A stretch of 64,000 bases of DNA from Paragordius varius (Eukaryota > Animalia > Nematomorpha), in NCBI GenBank assembly GCA_964247055.1, contig OZ176059.1, positions 3,224,001-3,288,000 on the forward strand, given 5' to 3'. A program made the translations under genes and the position numbers. This document shows, one piece after another, positions 63,150 through 64,000 of this stretch. Position 1 is the first letter of the stretch, and each line of letters opens with the position of its first letter. The notes under the pieces are model-generated. The model was given only the letters and a program-made list of their open reading frames with translations. It had not been told where the DNA came from and made no database searches.

Positions 63150-64000
63150 AATTATTATTTAGTAATTTTCCATTTCCAGTCAATAAAAAATTTTTTTTCT
63201 AAACAATCAAAACTTTGTACATTTTTGGAAACACAGAGAGACATTTTAAAAGAAAAATTTATTTTTTCAACAAAAATGATTTTATTTTCGAGACCTTTTC
63301 GTTTTAAATAAGATTTAAAAGATGGAATATTTTTGAAAATTATGAGATTATTTGGTAATTTTCCATTTCACTTACAGAAAATTTATTTTTGAAAAAATTA
63401 ATCATTAATTTAACAAGAAATGATTTTAAAGTTTATGAGATTTCATATTATTTAATTTCTTTCATTGGTTTTCTTAAGTGAAAAAAAGCAAATTATATTA
63501 AAAATTTAAAATAAGTATTTTTTTTAAATTTTAATATTTTTAGTTTTTGAGTACTTAAAAAAAGTTTTCAACGATGAGTTCAAATCACAACAAGCTTCTT
63601 AAACTAAACAAAGGTATGTTTTATATTAAAATAACAATTATTATCAATTATTGAAAAAACATTTTAAAAACGTATAATTTTTCTAGTGTTATATTTTTTT
63701 TTAAAATATTCCAACAATTATAATCAAGATATTCTTGAAAAAACAATTTGAAAACGTATGATTTTTCTAGTTTTATATTTTATAACTTTTTTTAAAAATT
63801 TCAAAAATTTAATCACGTTCTTAAAATATTTCTAGTTTTTTAATTTTATATTTTAAATTTTTTTTAAAATTTCCAACAATTATAATTTTCTTAAAACATT
63901 GTTTTTATATAAAAAATTCATCTAGTTTTCTAAAAAAAAGCTATAAAAGAAAATATTTCAATAAAAATACGCTGCTTTGGAAAATTTTTTTAAATAATAA
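63150..64000 (+). repeat. X-Y module (copy 3, truncated by the window end)
   Basis: AAAGATGGAAT, TTATTTGGTAATTTTCC, Y marker at ~63560-63620, CCAACAATTATAATCAAG subrepeats. Confidence 0.65.

Larger units (their letters stand above)
41150..64000 (+). repeat. Modular AT-rich satellite (monomers ~100-300 bp), running to the window end
   Basis: Recurring AAAATACTTGAGTAATGTAGTATATACTCGCTGTAATATTAAGAAGCTTTTAAGTAAAAGAGATTTAT...TTTCAATTTCTAGATTATTTCCTTTTACTTATTTTTTTCGAGTTTT, with an optional module CTCACTCGAGCAAGGAAGCCACAGGAATATTTTAGATT; all copies are head-to-tail. Confidence 0.95.

Noticed and set aside
1-64000. rRNA, tRNA or canonical telomeric repeats
   Set aside because: No recognisable conserved rRNA segments, cloverleaf or A/B boxes, or TTAGG(G)-type tracts were seen by eye; a covariance-model scan was not possible.

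Overview
Extremely AT-rich eukaryotic genomic DNA, probably from an animal (judged only from the eIF5A sequence and intron layout; no species can be named). It has four zones. (1) ~1.2-29.0 kb: a tandem array of 23 units of 1.03-1.33 kb. Each unit is centred on a loopless palindrome with a near-invariant 20-bp core, GAGTGATGAC|GTCATCACTC. The outer arms differ between units but are usually mirrored within a unit. (2) 31.9-36.4 kb: the only protein-coding gene I can support, a minus-strand 4-coding-exon eIF5A (160 aa, hypusine motif intact). Its introns and flanks are largely decayed tandem 'echoes' of its own exons and splice sites, including ten copies of the 5' part of the last exon. These echoes differ from the real exon mostly at synonymous positions. 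(3) 38-41 kb: a foldback-like element with expanded subterminal repeats. (4) 41.2-64 kb: a modular AT-rich satellite carrying co-amplified TA-flanked MITE-like elements. Apart from the eIF5A-related frames, the supplied ORFs look spurious. All alignments and counts were done by eye and need computational confirmation; mechanistic ideas are labelled as inference.
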